Program-made: the position numbers and the translations under genes
Part shown: piece after piece, positions 35,280 to 49,029 of the stretch
How positions within the stretch are numbered: position 1 is the stretch's first letter
How the letters are laid out: each line of letters begins with the position of its first letter
The notes under the pieces: model-generated
Seen by the model: the letters and a program-made list of their open reading frames with translations, nothing else
Told to the model about the DNA's origin: nothing
Database searches by the model: none
Assembly (NCBI GenBank): GCA_036785375.1
Contig: JAWMAR010000085.1
Location: 4,030,001 to 4,094,000 of the forward strand
Direction of reading: 5' to 3'
DNA from: Leucoraja ocellata
Lineage: Eukaryota
Length of the DNA: 64,000 bases

Positions 35280-35736
35280 TTACTTTGCAATCTGATGCGG
35301 CGCCTTTTTATGCCACAGGGAATGCTCAACAGACACAAGAGTTTCACAAGAGTTTTTGCATTATTTTCTCCTGATGTGACCAATTACACCTTTTACAATT
35401 GTAATCTCAGAAAAGGGATTTGTTAAATTATTGCATTCAACATTAAAAATATTTTTATCTTAGTGATTTCAGCAACTCTTTATAAACATTTTAATGAAAT
35501 TAAATAACATGCTGTGATGATATAGGAACAAGGAACTGCTAATGTTTCATTTTCCCTAATGCATTGGCTGTAGCATTGTTCATCATAACTAGTAATCAGG
35601 GGTAAAATATCTCCAAAAGAGAGATTAAACTCTTAACTTAATTGTGCACACCTCAAGGCTCAACAAATTTAAGTAATTAAAAATGATTAAGTAATTATAT
35701 ACACGAGACGGCAGATGCTAGAATTCAGAGCAAAAA

Positions 35737-35985
35737 TCTCCCCCTCTTAACCCCATTCTCCTGCCTTCTCCCCGTAACCTCTGACACCCGTACTAATCAA
35801 GAATCCATCTATCTCTGCCTTAAATATATCCACTGACTTTGCCTGCACAGCCTTCTGTGGCAAAGAATTCCGCACATTCACCACTCTCTGACTAAATAAA
35901 TTTCTCCTCATCTCCTTCCTAAAAGAATGTCCTTGAATTCTGAGGCTATGACCTCTAGTCAGACTCTCCCACTAGTGGGAACACC
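35737..35985 (-). mobile_element. CR1 3' fragment, inverted
   Basis: ccttctgtggcaaagaattcc...ctatgacctctagtcagactctcccactagtgggaaca, homologous to 47840-48070. Confidence 0.82.
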
Positions 35986-37110
35986 CAGATAATTACTGGG
36001 ACCTGCAGTTAATCACCACAGAAACTACTTTCACCTTGTTTGCAGACTGCAAAATGAAAGCAGATAGTCATATACACCGTCTGCAATAATCTCAAAATGC
36101 TCCAGCAATGCAGCTATGTCCTCATTATGACTTCAACCAACTGTTACAGAAACATGCCTGATAATAATCTGCTTAAATTTAGCATTAACTCAGACTCAGA
36201 TGTAGGTGGACTTGGATGCTAATTGGGGCCCTGCCATATGGGCCCATAATGCTCGCAGTGTGACCTTTAGTTTACTGCTTAGCTAAAAATCTTACTTAAG
36301 AGAAGGAAAACATATGTTTCTTATTAAAATCCTGCAATCTATGGTGTAAGTCGGTCAGTAATTAAAGAAAATGTCCTTGGTTGTGATATTACTGTAAGGC
36401 AAGACACACCATTCCTGCTCACCAATAAATAATAGGTGCATATATGAGGCTTTGGCGGTAACCATAATCTGTTACTGCGTTCCAGTGCAAGAATTGATGC
36501 CTTCAGTATCAAAGATTGTCATTTGAATTATGCATTTTAAAAAGCAAATGCAGGTCCCAACACTTGGCACTGTTGCTTATTTTGTTCAGTAAAGATGTGC
36601 ATGACTATCTTCCTGAGCATCTAAACAAGTTGCTACTACCTTGAACTGACATCTTGCTGGTATTATGAACTCTCCTATTAGTAGAAGTGCCATGTTCTCT
36701 TGTGGCCAAGGTCTCAGACAGTTCATAATTCCATAGACTCTCTTCAGCTCCTTTGAAAGAAAAGGTTAGCGTCATTAAAAGTTGGAACCTGGAACTCAAA
36801 TCACGATTGTTTAGTACAGTCTAGTACTTGACACAAACGGAGGTTGATTCTACAGTACTGGAGGCCCATTGTAGAATTATTTCAAGAAATCCACTAGGAA
36901 TTGACAGGAGATCTTTGAACTTGAAAGTGAAAGGAGTTAATGACCAAACCTACTTCAATGATATTTCACAACTATGACTGTTATTAAATGCCTTCACACT
37001 GTTGGGCTAACCAACATTACCATGTGTATCACAATAATCTTATCAACACATCAACACGACTTGGTCCACAAAAATTAAAATCAAGACGTTGATGGAAACT
37101 AACAGAAGGA

Positions 37111-37423
37111 TTTAGTTTAGTTTATTTTCTTTTAGAGAAGCAGCATAGAAACAGGCCTTCAGCCTACCGAGTCCATGCAGACAATCAGCCATTCATACTA
37201 GTTCTATGTTATCACACTTTCACAAACACTCCCTATCCGTTTGGAGCAATTTTTTAACGAGGTGAATTAACCTACAAACCCACATGTCTGTGGGCTGTGG
37301 GAGGAAACCTGAAAACCTGGGGGAAATCCACGCAGACAGCACCCAAGGTGAGGATGGAACCGAGCGGGGTCTCTGGTGCTGTGAGGCAGCAGCAGGTGGA
37401 CCAGCTACACCACTGTGCCGCCA
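37111..37423 (-). mobile_element. V-SINE, inverted, with internal deletion
   Basis: tttagtttag tail...gtgggaggaaacc...cggggtctctggtgctgtgaggcagc...ccactgtgccgcc. Confidence 0.82.
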
Positions 37424-38399
37424 AATGCTAAAACAGAATTCTCAAAGTGGACACATCCACCTCAGAATTTATTTTTGAACAAAGACAAAGTGGGTGGGTT
37501 GCTCAAGATCAGGGGGGCATTTAGACCAATGTTCAAGTAAAGCATTTAGACTTAAACTCTTCCCAAAACAGAAGATTAAACTGTGTGCTGCTGATCACAC
37601 AAGTAGCAAATAACTACATTTAAATCAAGGTGGTTAAATCCAACAAGCAAAACAAATTCATATCAACTGGAACAGAACATCTGCAAACTGCCAAAGATTA
37701 CAGCCTACAACAGAAATCTGTATTTCCTTTCAAAATAATATCCTGTCTTAAAAATTTGCATTGAAGCCATATTGCATAAAAAGTGCTGTATATTTTGAAA
37801 AATGCACAGGCTATATAAAACTTTAAAAAAATACTAAATGTGAATTATATGCTATGTATTGTGGTGCTGAGGTGGATTCTATAGAAAGAATTGGCCTATT
37901 TATTTACAAATCTAAGTTCACGTTGAACAGCTTTGTTCCTTTCACTGAACACAAACTCTTGTGTACACACGCCTTCTCAACTACGAACTACTGGGGGGAA
38001 CAGAGGGGAGGACTACATTTAACAATGGACCCATTTTATTAATCTAAATAGTTACAGGATTATCATTTAGCAGCACCTAATGCATTCGCATTCAGGTCAC
38101 TGCTAAACTGGTCAGGGGTGAAAAAGAGAGGCTCTTTGTAACCTTGTTTTAACAAATCTCACTTTAACATTGAAATGAGGCTCTAAACAAAAAGTAGTTG
38201 ATTAATTTAACAGACTAAACTTTTACTTGCTTGTAAAGATATTCCTCCTCATCTCAAGCTTTACCAGAACCCGAGCAACCTAATCGACAAGATGTCCCTG
38301 GAGTAAAACAAAAACCCCGAAAATGAGTGAGATCAGAGAGTGTAGCTGTGCTCCTCCTGGCACCATATAGCAAGCTATGCTCCTGCTCTTGAGCCACAA

Positions 38400-39560
38400 A
38401 TAGGCCACACATGCCCTCAAGCATGTTTCACTGTTCAGAAAGATCATAGCTGACCCTGTACCTCATGATCATTTTTCCACCCAGAACCAATCCTTTGACA
38501 CGGGTCTTGGAAAAAAAAATCCCTGGTCAATTTAGAAGTGACTTGAACTCCAAAGTAATTAGATGCAAGCCCTTGTGCTATTAAAATATATTCCTCTACT
38601 TGTTTAAAAGTCATAAAATGTGCGCATTGATAAGTCTGTATCACATATCCCTAGTGTATAAAAATACATCAGTCTTGATTGTACTCACTGGATGAGTATT
38701 CACCGCCCTCTGGGATACAGAATTCCAGAGATCGACAATCCTCTTAATAATGACATTGCTCCTCATCACAATCCGAAATCGATGACCCAGTATCCTGAAA
38801 TTATACTGCCTAATCCTACAGTCTCTAACCAGTGAAAGTCATTTTTCTAAGCTCAATGTCAATTATTTTAGAACCTTACCTGTGTCAACAAAACCACGTC
38901 TAATTCTTCCTAACACTAGTGGATTTAGGTCAATCTTACTCATCATCTCCTGGAATGATTTATTTTCCCAGGAATCAACCTACTTAATCTCTGCTGTATC
39001 ACTTACAATGCAAGTATATATGCAATCTAAGGCTAGTGGGTACCAAAGGGATCAGAACTTCATCCTTAATTATTTGAGATCTACATCAATAACTATCCCT
39101 AATGTCATAATTTCCAAGTTTGCTTGGTGAGATTGTGAGTAGAAACGAGGATGTAAAAAAGTTAAGGGAGATAAAGGCAACTTGAATGAATGGGCAAGAA
39201 CAGAGCAAATGCTGTGCAATACGGAAATATGTAAAGATATCCCCTTTGGTGCACTGGGCAGGAAAACAGAACAATTTTAAAGAATGAAAAATTGGGTAAT
39301 GTTGATTTTCAAAGATACTGAAGTGTCTTTCTACAAGAATCACAGAGCCAGCATGCAGGTGCTGTCAATTAGATAAGCAAATGTTAAATTAGCTTTAATT
39401 GCAATAGTATTCAAATATATGAGTTATGGACATTTTGCTGCAATTACACAGAGTTGAAATGAGACTACACCTGCAGTAATGTTACAATTTTGGTCTCCTT
39501 ATTCAATAAATAAGATACTTACCAAAGAGGGATGATTCGTTGGACTGGTAACAGGGATTA
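38400..39560. mobile_element. Two old CR1 fragments in opposite orientations
   Basis: Minus-strand tail features (ctctgggatacagaattccagagat) near 38710 and plus-strand RT remnants (atttccaagtttgcttggtga; gagactacacctgcagtaatgttacaattttggtctcctta) at 39100-39500. Confidence 0.55.
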
Positions 39561-40496
39561 AATCTAATGGACTGCCTCATTGGTACATGTGTGCCTGTTG
39601 TTTTATTTTTGATGAAGGCAGTGATTTAATTTACTTTATCAATATATAATTTCTGTCAGAATATTTGGGCAGTTTACACGTCACACCAAGATCTAAAACT
39701 GCAATAAAATGGAACGGAAGGTATTGAAACAACAGCATTAATCAAATCCCATTGTGAGTTTTCGGCTATATACAAAAAGGTTTACATTTAAAGAAAGTCA
39801 GAGATCAGAGCAAAGTTGCACTCTGTAAAATTTTAATCTCCTAGTTGTTGGTCAACATTAATAAAGTATAGTTAAACACACCTGTAACGGGAACTCTGTG
39901 TACAAATGGGACTTAACAACTGATTTTAAATAGTTTTACTTCAAGCACATATTATTAATTCTACATAGATTTATATACGAAAGTTATCCTGTTTCAGTAT
40001 TGGACGGTTAGCAATATACTGTCGACTGCTATTTGCAAGTGAAACAGCAGGCAGCAGCACCTTCTATCAAAATTGTGGAAATTGCAGCACAAGTCACAAC
40101 AATGAAAAACAAAACAATATTTAAGACATTGTCGACAAAGGGATTAGAGTAATATTGGATCGTTGGAACCAATCCAAAATATGGTCTTTAACAAGAGATG
40201 GTCTTTAACAAGACAAGAGATTATTCTTGACCAGCCTATAAGTAAGTCAAGATATAGCTCGTCTGTGTAACAACAGTAACTTCATCATCCTATGCTAAAT
40301 CATTCCAAAGAGTAGTAACCCCCATAGCTCTCTACCCAATTATCTTGTTGTACTGGGGCAGTTCAGGTTGCAAATGACCCGAGTTATTGAAATACAACTT
40401 TATGCAAATTCTCCTCTACATTTTTAAACCATTTTTCAAGCTATTAATAATATGAAATATTAATGTCAGTGATAACAATAATAACAAGCTGATGAA

Positions 40497-40612
40497 TAGT
40501 CCTGACCCAAAACGTCACCTATCCATTCCCCCACAGATGCTGCCTGACCCACTGACTTACTCCAGCATTTTGCATTTTATGCAAGATTCCAGCAACTGCA
40601 ATTTCCTGTTTC
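40497..40612 (+). repeat. Penelope-derived repeat half copy
   Basis: cctgacccaaaacgtcacctatccattcccccacagatgctgcctgacccactgacttactccagcattttg. Confidence 0.8.
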
Positions 40613-40613
40613 T

Positions 40614-40640
40614 CAATAATAATAATAATAATAATAATAT
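40614..40640. repeat. (AAT)n microsatellite
   Basis: caataataataataataataataatat. Confidence 0.9.
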
Positions 40641-40689
40641 ATTTTATGGTACCCATTATTAACTGGATACAACATATATCTATTAGATG

Positions 40690-41425
40690 GTGAACAAGGT
40701 TATTACAAACTGCAGCAGGATCTTGCTTGATCAAGGGGATAAGCTAAGGAATGGAAAATGGAGTTCAATTCAGATAAATGCGAGGAGTTGTATTTTGGGT
40801 CATCAAACCAGGGTACGACTTTCACAGTGTGCGGTAGGGCCCTGGGAGTGCGATGGAACAGAGGCACAAAGGAATATAAGGTACAAACATCTCTGAACTT
40901 GATGTCACGTGGACAGGATGGTGAAGATGGCTTTAGCACTAGTCTTCACCAGTAAGCGCATTGGGTATAAAAGGCAGCACATTATGTTGCAGTTGTACTG
41001 TTGATGATGCTGCACTTGGAAATTGTGTTCATCCTGTTATAGGAAATATGCCATTAAGGGAAACTGCAGAAAAGTTTGATGTAGAGAGGGTGAGCAGGCT
41101 TGGATTTGATTTCTTAGAGCATAGGGGGCTGAGGGCTGATTTTATAGACATATAAAATCACGAGGACAATAGATAGGGTGAATGCACAAAGTCTTTTACC
41201 TAGGGTAAGGGAATCAAGAACCATATGTTTAAAGTGAGAGAGGAAAGAAGGAACATAAAGGACAACTTTTTCACTCAGAAGGTGGCGGGTACATGGAATA
41301 AGCTACCAGAGGTTGTTGATGGAGGTACTACAACAACATTTAAAATACATTTGGACAGGTACATGAAAAGGAAAGGTTTCGAGGGCTATGGGCCATGTAG
41401 ATGTCCAGACTGGTTGGAATGGTTC
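40690..41425 (+). mobile_element. Decayed CR1 3' fragment
   Basis: Frames give MEFNSDKCEELYFGSSN and DNFFTQKVAGTWNKLPEVVDGGTTTTFKIHLDRYM..GFEGYG. Confidence 0.85.
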
Positions 41426-41663
41426 CCTGTTGGATAACTCTAGAACTATTATTTTAATTATGGATAATGAAATGAAAAAATGATCGTATATGTAGAGCGA
41501 TATGATATGGATACCACTAGAAAATGGGCATTTCTGACGTAGATAAATTGGCTGACAGACAGCTCCCAGGAACAGAACCATGAAGGCAGAGAATTAATTT
41601 ACTTTATCAATATATAATTTCTGTCAGAATATTTGGGCAGTTTACACGTCACACAGATCTAAA

Positions 41664-42420
41664 GTGCTCAATGCTCTTAAGACAGTAGAATTGATTGTAG
41701 ACTTTAGGAAAGCTCCCCCTCGCCTCACCCTTCTCACCATCAACAACACCACAGTCACCTCTGTGGAGTCTTTTAAGTTCCTGGGAACCAATATCTCCAA
41801 GGACCTTAAATGAGGGGCCACCTTCGACTCCACAGTCAAAAAGGCACAACAGAGAATATACTTCCTGCGGCAGCTGAGGAAGCACAATCTGCCACAGGCA
41901 ATGATGGTCCAATTTTATACGGCTGTCAGAGTCTGTCCTCACCTTCTCCATCATGGTCTGGTTTGGCTCAGCCACCAAGCACGACATCCGGAAGCTGCAG
42001 CAAATCATCTGATCAGCTGAGAAGGTTATTGGCTGCAACCTTCCCTCCATTGACGAACTGTACACTGCAAGGGCCAGGAAGCGAGCGAGTAAGATCATCT
42101 CTGACCCCTCTTACCCTGGCCACAAAACTCTTTGAATCACCTCCCTCTGGAAGGCGACTTAGGACTGTCAAAGCTGCCACAGCCGGACATAAAAACAGCT
42201 TTTTTTCCCCACGAGTAGTAGCTCTACTCAATAACCAAACACCAGAGCAAAAGGCGGCTACAGATATTTTATTTAATTCACATGTTTATTCAATAATGTT
42301 TTATTATTAATGTTTAATGTTTTATGTGTCATTTCTAACTGTCACTTGCGGGCGGAGCACCAAGGCAAATTCCTTGTATGTGAATACTTGGCCAACTTAT
42401 TCATTCATTCATTCATTCAT
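41664..42420 (+). mobile_element. 5'-truncated Rex1/Babar-type non-LTR retrotransposon
   Basis: Reads LNALKTVELIVDFRK...VESFKFLGTNISKDL...KKAQQRIYFLRQLRK...KIISDPSYPGHKLFE.PPSGRR.R...KNSFF and ends in a (TTCA)n tail. TSD aacagaacc at 41571-41579 and 42421-42429. Confidence 0.88.
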
Positions 42421-42517
42421 AACAGAACCCATCGACTGACTGTTGCTTTTTAAGTATTCATAAAAAAGCTATCTACATTTCATATACCAACGGTATGGGA
42501 GGAGCTTCATTACATAC

Positions 42518-42906
42518 GGCTGTCCCACTGCAGCGACCTAATCCGCAAGTTAAGAAGAGTGGCTTTGACCTTCAAGCTCGAGAGCACTCGCCTGGAAAAC
42601 CTCGAGCTGGATCGACCATTCGCGTTGAAACCACGAGCTGGATTGACCGACCGCGTGCGTGCGTACACACACACACACACACACAAAGGTGGGGGCCAGG
42701 GAAAGCAGGGGAGCGCTGTCTGAAATTCATACCTGCGATGAAGAGGAAGGTAAACGGCTGCCACAGTGTACGGTAAGTCCTTTAGAGAGTGCGGGGGGGG
42801 GGGGGGGGGGAGGAGAGAGAAGGAGAGAGAGTGGGAGAGGAAGGGGGAGGGGAAGGGGGGGAAGAAAGGGGGGGGGGGGGGAAGGAGTGGAGACACTTTT
42901 AAGAAG
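42518..42906. repeat. Interspersed repeat fragment, possibly one end of a Harbinger-type MITE, with CA and G tracts
   Basis: Starts ggctgtcccact, the same terminal motif as the MITE at 35057; locally CpG-rich. No matching right end seen. Confidence 0.45.
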
Positions 42907-44019
42907 TGCCTGACCTGCTGAGTTTCTCCAGCATTTTGTCTCTCTCTTTACTATAAACCAGCATCTGCAGTGCCTTTTAATTACATTTGGTATTGTCAAA
43001 CCTGTACTCAGAATTGAAGAACTCACTGCAAAAGTTCTGATAAGTCGCCGCCACAGGACTTTATGGTCAAGTTAAGACTCAAACATTTTTAACAACTCTG
43101 AACATGAAGAGCACTAGATGACGTTGGACACGTCGCGACTCTTGTACAGTGCCTCAGTGCAATCTACTATTCTTACACTCTTATACTTAAGTAAGATTGT
43201 GCCAATGTATAGTGAGATTTTTACTGAACTGTGTGCATAGGACTTCAAAATCCTGTTAACCATGATTCAAAATGTAAGTGACCCAAACACTTCTTCAAAT
43301 CAGACTCCTGGAAAATGAACTCCATCTTTCATAATACAAAGTAGAAATTCCTGACTCTAACTTAGCATTCAATGAGTGCAATATAGATTGTGCCCTGATG
43401 TACAATGGGCAACATCAATCCAGGCACCCATTTACATGGTTAATTAAAATATGAGTACGAAAAATCTGGAGTGAAGAATTAGATTTGTTAAACTTAATGA
43501 TGAGCGACCGTACATTAAACAAAAAGGATGTTTGTCAGTAAAGTAAGAGATAAATACCAAGTTATTAATTTCCGAGGATTTACAAACATACTTGTTACAA
43601 ACTTCAGTGCAAGTGCTTCAAGTCATGCCCATGCCATTTACACAAGAGGCAGTGATGTAGTGCAGCACTGGAAACATTACTACTGTCACCTCTATGGCCA
43701 CAAGCAGGCTGAATAATCCCAATATTACGGAAGATCTCAGCAGTTTTGAGAAAATCTGCACAAGGCAGCATATCTTCCTCTTTTGGTTCAGATGAACCAA
43801 TTTCCAATGTTAAAGGGAAGGATTCCAGAATGTTACAGCATATCAATCTGAATCTGTATCTAAGTTGTCTAAAAGGATCACGATACCGATGGTGTACATG
43901 GATTTTATCGGCTCATATGGCAAACTGATCAGCCCCAATTGATCCAAGAGAAAGTGATAATTAAAGCCACAAACAGTACAAGAAAAAAAACAGTTAGTTA
44001 GATCCTGACTCCAAAGAAA

Positions 44020-44830
44020 GGATAATGATCAATGAGAGTTTTAGTGATAGGAAAACTATACCAGGTGAAGTTTTCTGTGCTACATTTCAGTGATCTGGCC
44101 TTAAATTTAGGAGTCATAATTAAAAAAAGTCTTCTGATGATGCACAAAATGGTCAGAGTAGTGAATAATGCCAGAACGTGGTGGTGTCATTTATTCCATT
44201 TGGTGAGGGCAAATAACGCAAGGAAATATACTACATGGTAGGATTTTGAGTGCTGAAGAGAAAGAGGGGATGTTGGCGTGTACATCCACAGGCTTTTGAA
44301 AGTAACATGGCAAATGGAAAAGATGATTAAGATGACAGAGGATACATGCCTTTATAAGCCAAAGCACAGAACACAAGGGATGGGAGATCATTGCCAGAAC
44401 TGATAAAACACTAGATACAGTTCTGATTACTACATACAGTTCTAGATAGAAAAGATGCAATATGTAGAGAAGAGGTGTAGAAGAATGTTATTTGGGTCAG
44501 TGAAATTTTGTCATGAAGAAAGATTAGATAGATTTATTTTACAGGAGGAAAAGCTGAGGGAAGACTAAATAAAGCATGGTCTATAAAATCACATGAGGGC
44601 CAGAGAGGGTGACTAGTAAAGCCCTATTTTCTTTAGCAGGGAAATCAATAACTAGGGGCTTAGATACTGAGAAATTAAAAGAGTTGAGCAAAAATGAGAG
44701 TATCAGGGGTCTAGAACTCAATGCTTAAAACAGGGGCAGTGTCAGAGATCCTCTTCTTTAATTAACTGGTTGGACACTTGATATTGCACAACCTATAAAG
44801 TTACAGATCAAGAGCTATGAAGCGGGATTT
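44020..44830 (+). mobile_element. Very old CR1 fragment
   Basis: Residual motifs gtggtggtgtcatttattccatttggtgagggcaaat, gatgttggcgtgtacatccacagg and aagctgaggggaagactaa. Confidence 0.5.
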
Positions 44831-47159
44831 GTCGGAGTAGATTTAATTTTTTAATTAGAAACGGGGGGGGCTGCATGGCCTCCTGTGCAGCAAATTGTTT
44901 CGGTTCTATGACGCAAAATCTTTGTGATTTCAGTTTCATCTCCTAATTGTTTACCTTGCCCATCCCTTTGCAAAACTCTTTCCATCCCAGAGTTCCAATT
45001 GTTAGTTGTACAGTTGATCTTCTGTTCTAATTTCTTGGGACCAAGCATTATTTGGATTCTGGGCAACTTTGGGTTACACATAAGCAGTGTGTTTGAGTAC
45101 CTGTAGTTTTTAAATGTTATTTGCATATTATTACATACAAATTATGAAGATTTCCACATATATTTAGACAAGATCTTCTGCTGTAAGCTTATAGATCTAC
45201 TTTGATAATTATTATATATTCTTTGACATTATCAATTCAAACTTCAGATGACAAAAAGCAATGGAACTTGCACTAATGTAGAACAACAAAATAATCTGCT
45301 GGAGGAACTCAGTGCGTCAGGCAGCATCAGTGGAGTGAAATGGACAGTCATTGTTTTTGGTAAGGATACTTCATATGCACTGAAGGAGGGGAGAGAGCCA
45401 ATATAAAGAGGTAACGAGGAGGGATGGGAAAGAGATGGCAAGTGTTAGATGGATCCAGGTGAGGAAGATTGATTGGTGGATGGAGTCAGGTGGAGGAGGA
45501 AAGGGTGGAGATCGCAGCAGAGGCTGGGAGGTGATACGTGGAGACAACAAAAGCCTGCAAGTCATGCATGGACTCTTGAGTTTAAGTTTAGTTTCAAAAC
45601 TAATACTTGATAACTTGATAAGAAAGTAAGGTAAAGCATGGAACCCAATATGGGAGGTAGGGTGGGCTGTCATTTTATATAAATTGAATAGTGGAGGCAG
45701 TTCCTGTAGTGGCCTTTAAGAGGGTTCTGGATATGCAGGGAATGGAAGGATATGGGGGATGATGCACAGGTAGATGAGATGGATTTATCTTGGCATCATG
45801 TTCAACACGGACATTGTGGGCCCAATCGTCTGTACAAGTGCTGTACTGTGTTCTATCTATAATCTTCCCGCTAATCAAATCTCCCCATTTGAGATGTGGA
45901 AGAAAACCCGCACAGCCGCAGGGAGAATGTGCAAACTCCACACATACAAAACTGAATGTCAGCATTGATTATCCAAGGCTATGAGAGAGTGGCTCTATAG
46001 CTGTGCCACCCCATATACCAAGAGGAGAGGTACTTATGATTTTAGGAAAGTTTGGAAATTTTACTCTCCTTCTTGGAACAGAAAATGTCAAGAAATTGCC
46101 TAACTAGAAGTTACAAACTGATGAAAATAGATTAGGGATTCAACAAATATGAATAAACACATTATAATGTTATGGATATAGGTTAAGTTGTCAAACTAAG
46201 TACAACCTTTCCCCTTTTTCCTTATTCTCCCTCTAAGTTTCTTTGGGAATGAATCAAATTCCCCATGATTTTGCTTTTAATCATTTCTTGGTTTTACCAA
46301 CATTTTTTTCTTTCTCCAAATTTTTTGTTTGGTATTCTTTCATCTATTGTAATGAGTCGAGTCAGACACACATCAAGATACAACACGTGTTTATTAAAGT
46401 CCACTTACAGCATCGGTCTGCAGGACATTACAGTAACTAGCAGCTACTCAGACTGACTTACGTAAGCAAGCTCTTGGTAATATGAATTGCATATTAGGCG
46501 GAGCAACTACTAACAAGCACTACAATTGGTTAGTAGGAAATAACCAATCTACATCTACCACTAAGAGTGTGGCAATTCCTTCTTCAGATCAATCCATTTG
46601 GGTTCTGTCCACTTATTTTATTAGTGATGCCCTGTCTAACTGCTGCAATAGTTATTGTTAAAAATAACAAAACAAACCTACATTTCTTCATTCTCTATTA
46701 TGCTCCACAGAAGTAAATGCAATTTAAATAAAATGTAGATTACTTGTTAGAAGTCAGCATTTTTGTTACCAGTTTCTCAGTTCTGATTACAACCTCCATT
46801 CTCTTGGCTTGTTCGTGGTGTGTACAGTGCTTCACATGAAATTAACATGGTCTTGATTCTCATTGCAACAGTTTCATTAGTGATGTTTCATTGCTTCCTA
46901 TAATCATATCTGTCCTCTTATTTATTAAATTTGCACTCTTTTGTACCCCGACCTGTACTCTTGTCTCAAACTTACTCTTCAGAGCTTTAAGCTACTATTA
47001 TTTCTGCCCCTCGCATTATGTTCAATTAGTTTGTATAAACCCGTTTTTCTTTTCATTCCCGGTTCAGGGAATAAAATGAAAAATTATGCAGTGCACAACT
47101 GTTCAGCCAGCTCTACAATTTAGTATTGATAAAGGATGCATACTTGAACCACCATATCA

Positions 47160-47285
47160 AGGAACTGCAGATGCTGCGTTACCACAAAGAGAGACACAAA
47201 ATACTGCAGTAACTCAGCAGGTCAGGCAGCATCTTTGGAGAAATGGAATTGGTGACGTTTCAGGTCGAGACCCTTCTTCAGACTG
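47160..47285 (-). repeat. Penelope-derived repeat with a near-intact hammerhead-like core on the BCOR-sense strand (47281-47254)
   Basis: Minus strand reads ctgaagaagggtctcgacctgaaacgtcacc. Confidence 0.8.
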
Positions 47286-47741
47286 TCTATCTGTCCATCA
47301 TATATAGTATTTTGTCACTACAGATGCGGACTGAGCTGCTATCAATTCAACAGCTTCTGTTCTTGGTTTACATTTTCAACAAATAGGCAGGCTCAATTTT
47401 GAACCAAAATTCTTACTTTAACAACATTGTTGAACTGCATGGAATAAATTGCATACTGTAAATCAAGTTCCAAAATTTAAGATGCAAGCAACCTTCAAAA
47501 AGGTAGGATAACTACAGTATCGTATCCACAGTAATGTTATCATTTTTTGCATTCAAATTGGAAATTTTTTACTGCACTTTCATGAGAAACTAAATCATAA
47601 AATGGGAGTAGATTTTCTAAAATTTAATTTTAGTCCATTGCTGGGGTAACCATTTATTGGCAATGTACAAAATCACTAGTGTTGCTTCTTGTTCCTGATC
47701 CCTGGAATAGCAGCAGGAGGCAGGCCACAATGAAGGAAGGG

Positions 47742-48105
47742 ATAGAAACATAGAAAATAGGTGCAGGAGTAGGCCATTCGGCCCTTCGAGCCCGCACCGC
47801 CATTCAATATGATCATGGCTGATCATCCAACTCGGTATCCTGTACCTGCCTTCTCTCCATACCCCCTGATCCCTTTAGCCACAAGGGCCACATCTAACTC
47901 CCTCTTAAATATAGCCAATGAACTGGCCTCAATTACCTTCTGTGGCAGAGAATTCCAGAGATTCACCACTCTCTGTGTGAAAAATGTTTTCCTCATCTCG
48001 GTCCTAAAAGATTTCCCCCTTATCCTTAAACTGTGATCTCTTGTTCTGGACTTCCCCAACATCGGGAACAATCTTCCTGCATCTAGCCTGTCCAACCCCT
48101 TAAGA
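47742..48105 (-). mobile_element. Young CR1 3' fragment, inverted
   Basis: ORF 47823..48095 DRLDAGRLFPMLGKSRTRDHSLRIRGKSFRTEMRKTFFTQRVVNLWNSLPQKVIEA...GIRGYG plus a full tail. Confidence 0.92.
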
Positions 48106-49029
48106 ATGTCTTATAATTCTGCAGGACCAGTATTCCTGATCTTACAAAATTATTGTGAGAAATACTGCTTACGAAAACTTTCCTGTTGTTCAGAGCAACA
48201 GTCTGTTGGAACAAGAAATGGTGCTGAAGAGGAGGAAGGTGGCAATGAAATTTGGGAGAGAAATAAATGTAACTGAAAGAATAATAGTGTGAGGATGGAT
48301 ACAAAGGTGCCACCCTTAACTGAAGGCAGATGAGGGCGGGAAGAGGAAATGTTAGTGTTAAACGTGGCAGAGAAATTAAAAGCCTTCTGTGATCTGGGGA
48401 TGAGTTACAGATGGAAATCAGCATATCTGTAAACTCTGGGAAGTAAGCTGAATAATTCCTCCAAGTCACAGAGCCAATCATGCAAGGAATTTAAAAATTA
48501 TTATCATTAGCTTGAAAAACAGCAGAATACAAAATCATAATTCAAATATATTTCATGAATGAATATGACAAATGTCTTACTAGTATTTTGAATACTAGTG
48601 CCCCATATCTTTTCCCATAAGTCACAATTTATTTTCAGGAATATTTCGGAGTTTGTTTTTGTGGGGTTCTCCTACCATTTTTGGTTGTTTGTCTGTTCCA
48701 AATTGACTCAGCTTCCAATCCCCACTGTTGGTTCCTTCTATAATGCAGACGAGAATCTCTGATCATAATCAATCAGTAATTCCCATCTACAGATGTGTGT
48801 CAAATCCATTACTGAAGTAGCATCAGAGAGCCAAGACCATCAAGAATGTTGTGGGAAGCCCTTATGTGTGTGTAGTTAGAAGTACTTAGAGGTTGATGCT
48901 GCCTTCTGTCTTTGTGTACAGTTATCAAAGAAGGGAGTTGGGAAGAAATAGAATAGAATGGCACATAATCTTTTGGGGGATTTCTCAGGTTGGTCTAATG
49001 CCAAGAGCCAAATGCCAAATTTTTCATAG

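Noticed and set aside
41649-42310. ORFs of 149 aa (minus) and 166 aa (plus) as new genes
   Set aside because: They are antisense and off-frame readings of the Rex/Babar fragment.
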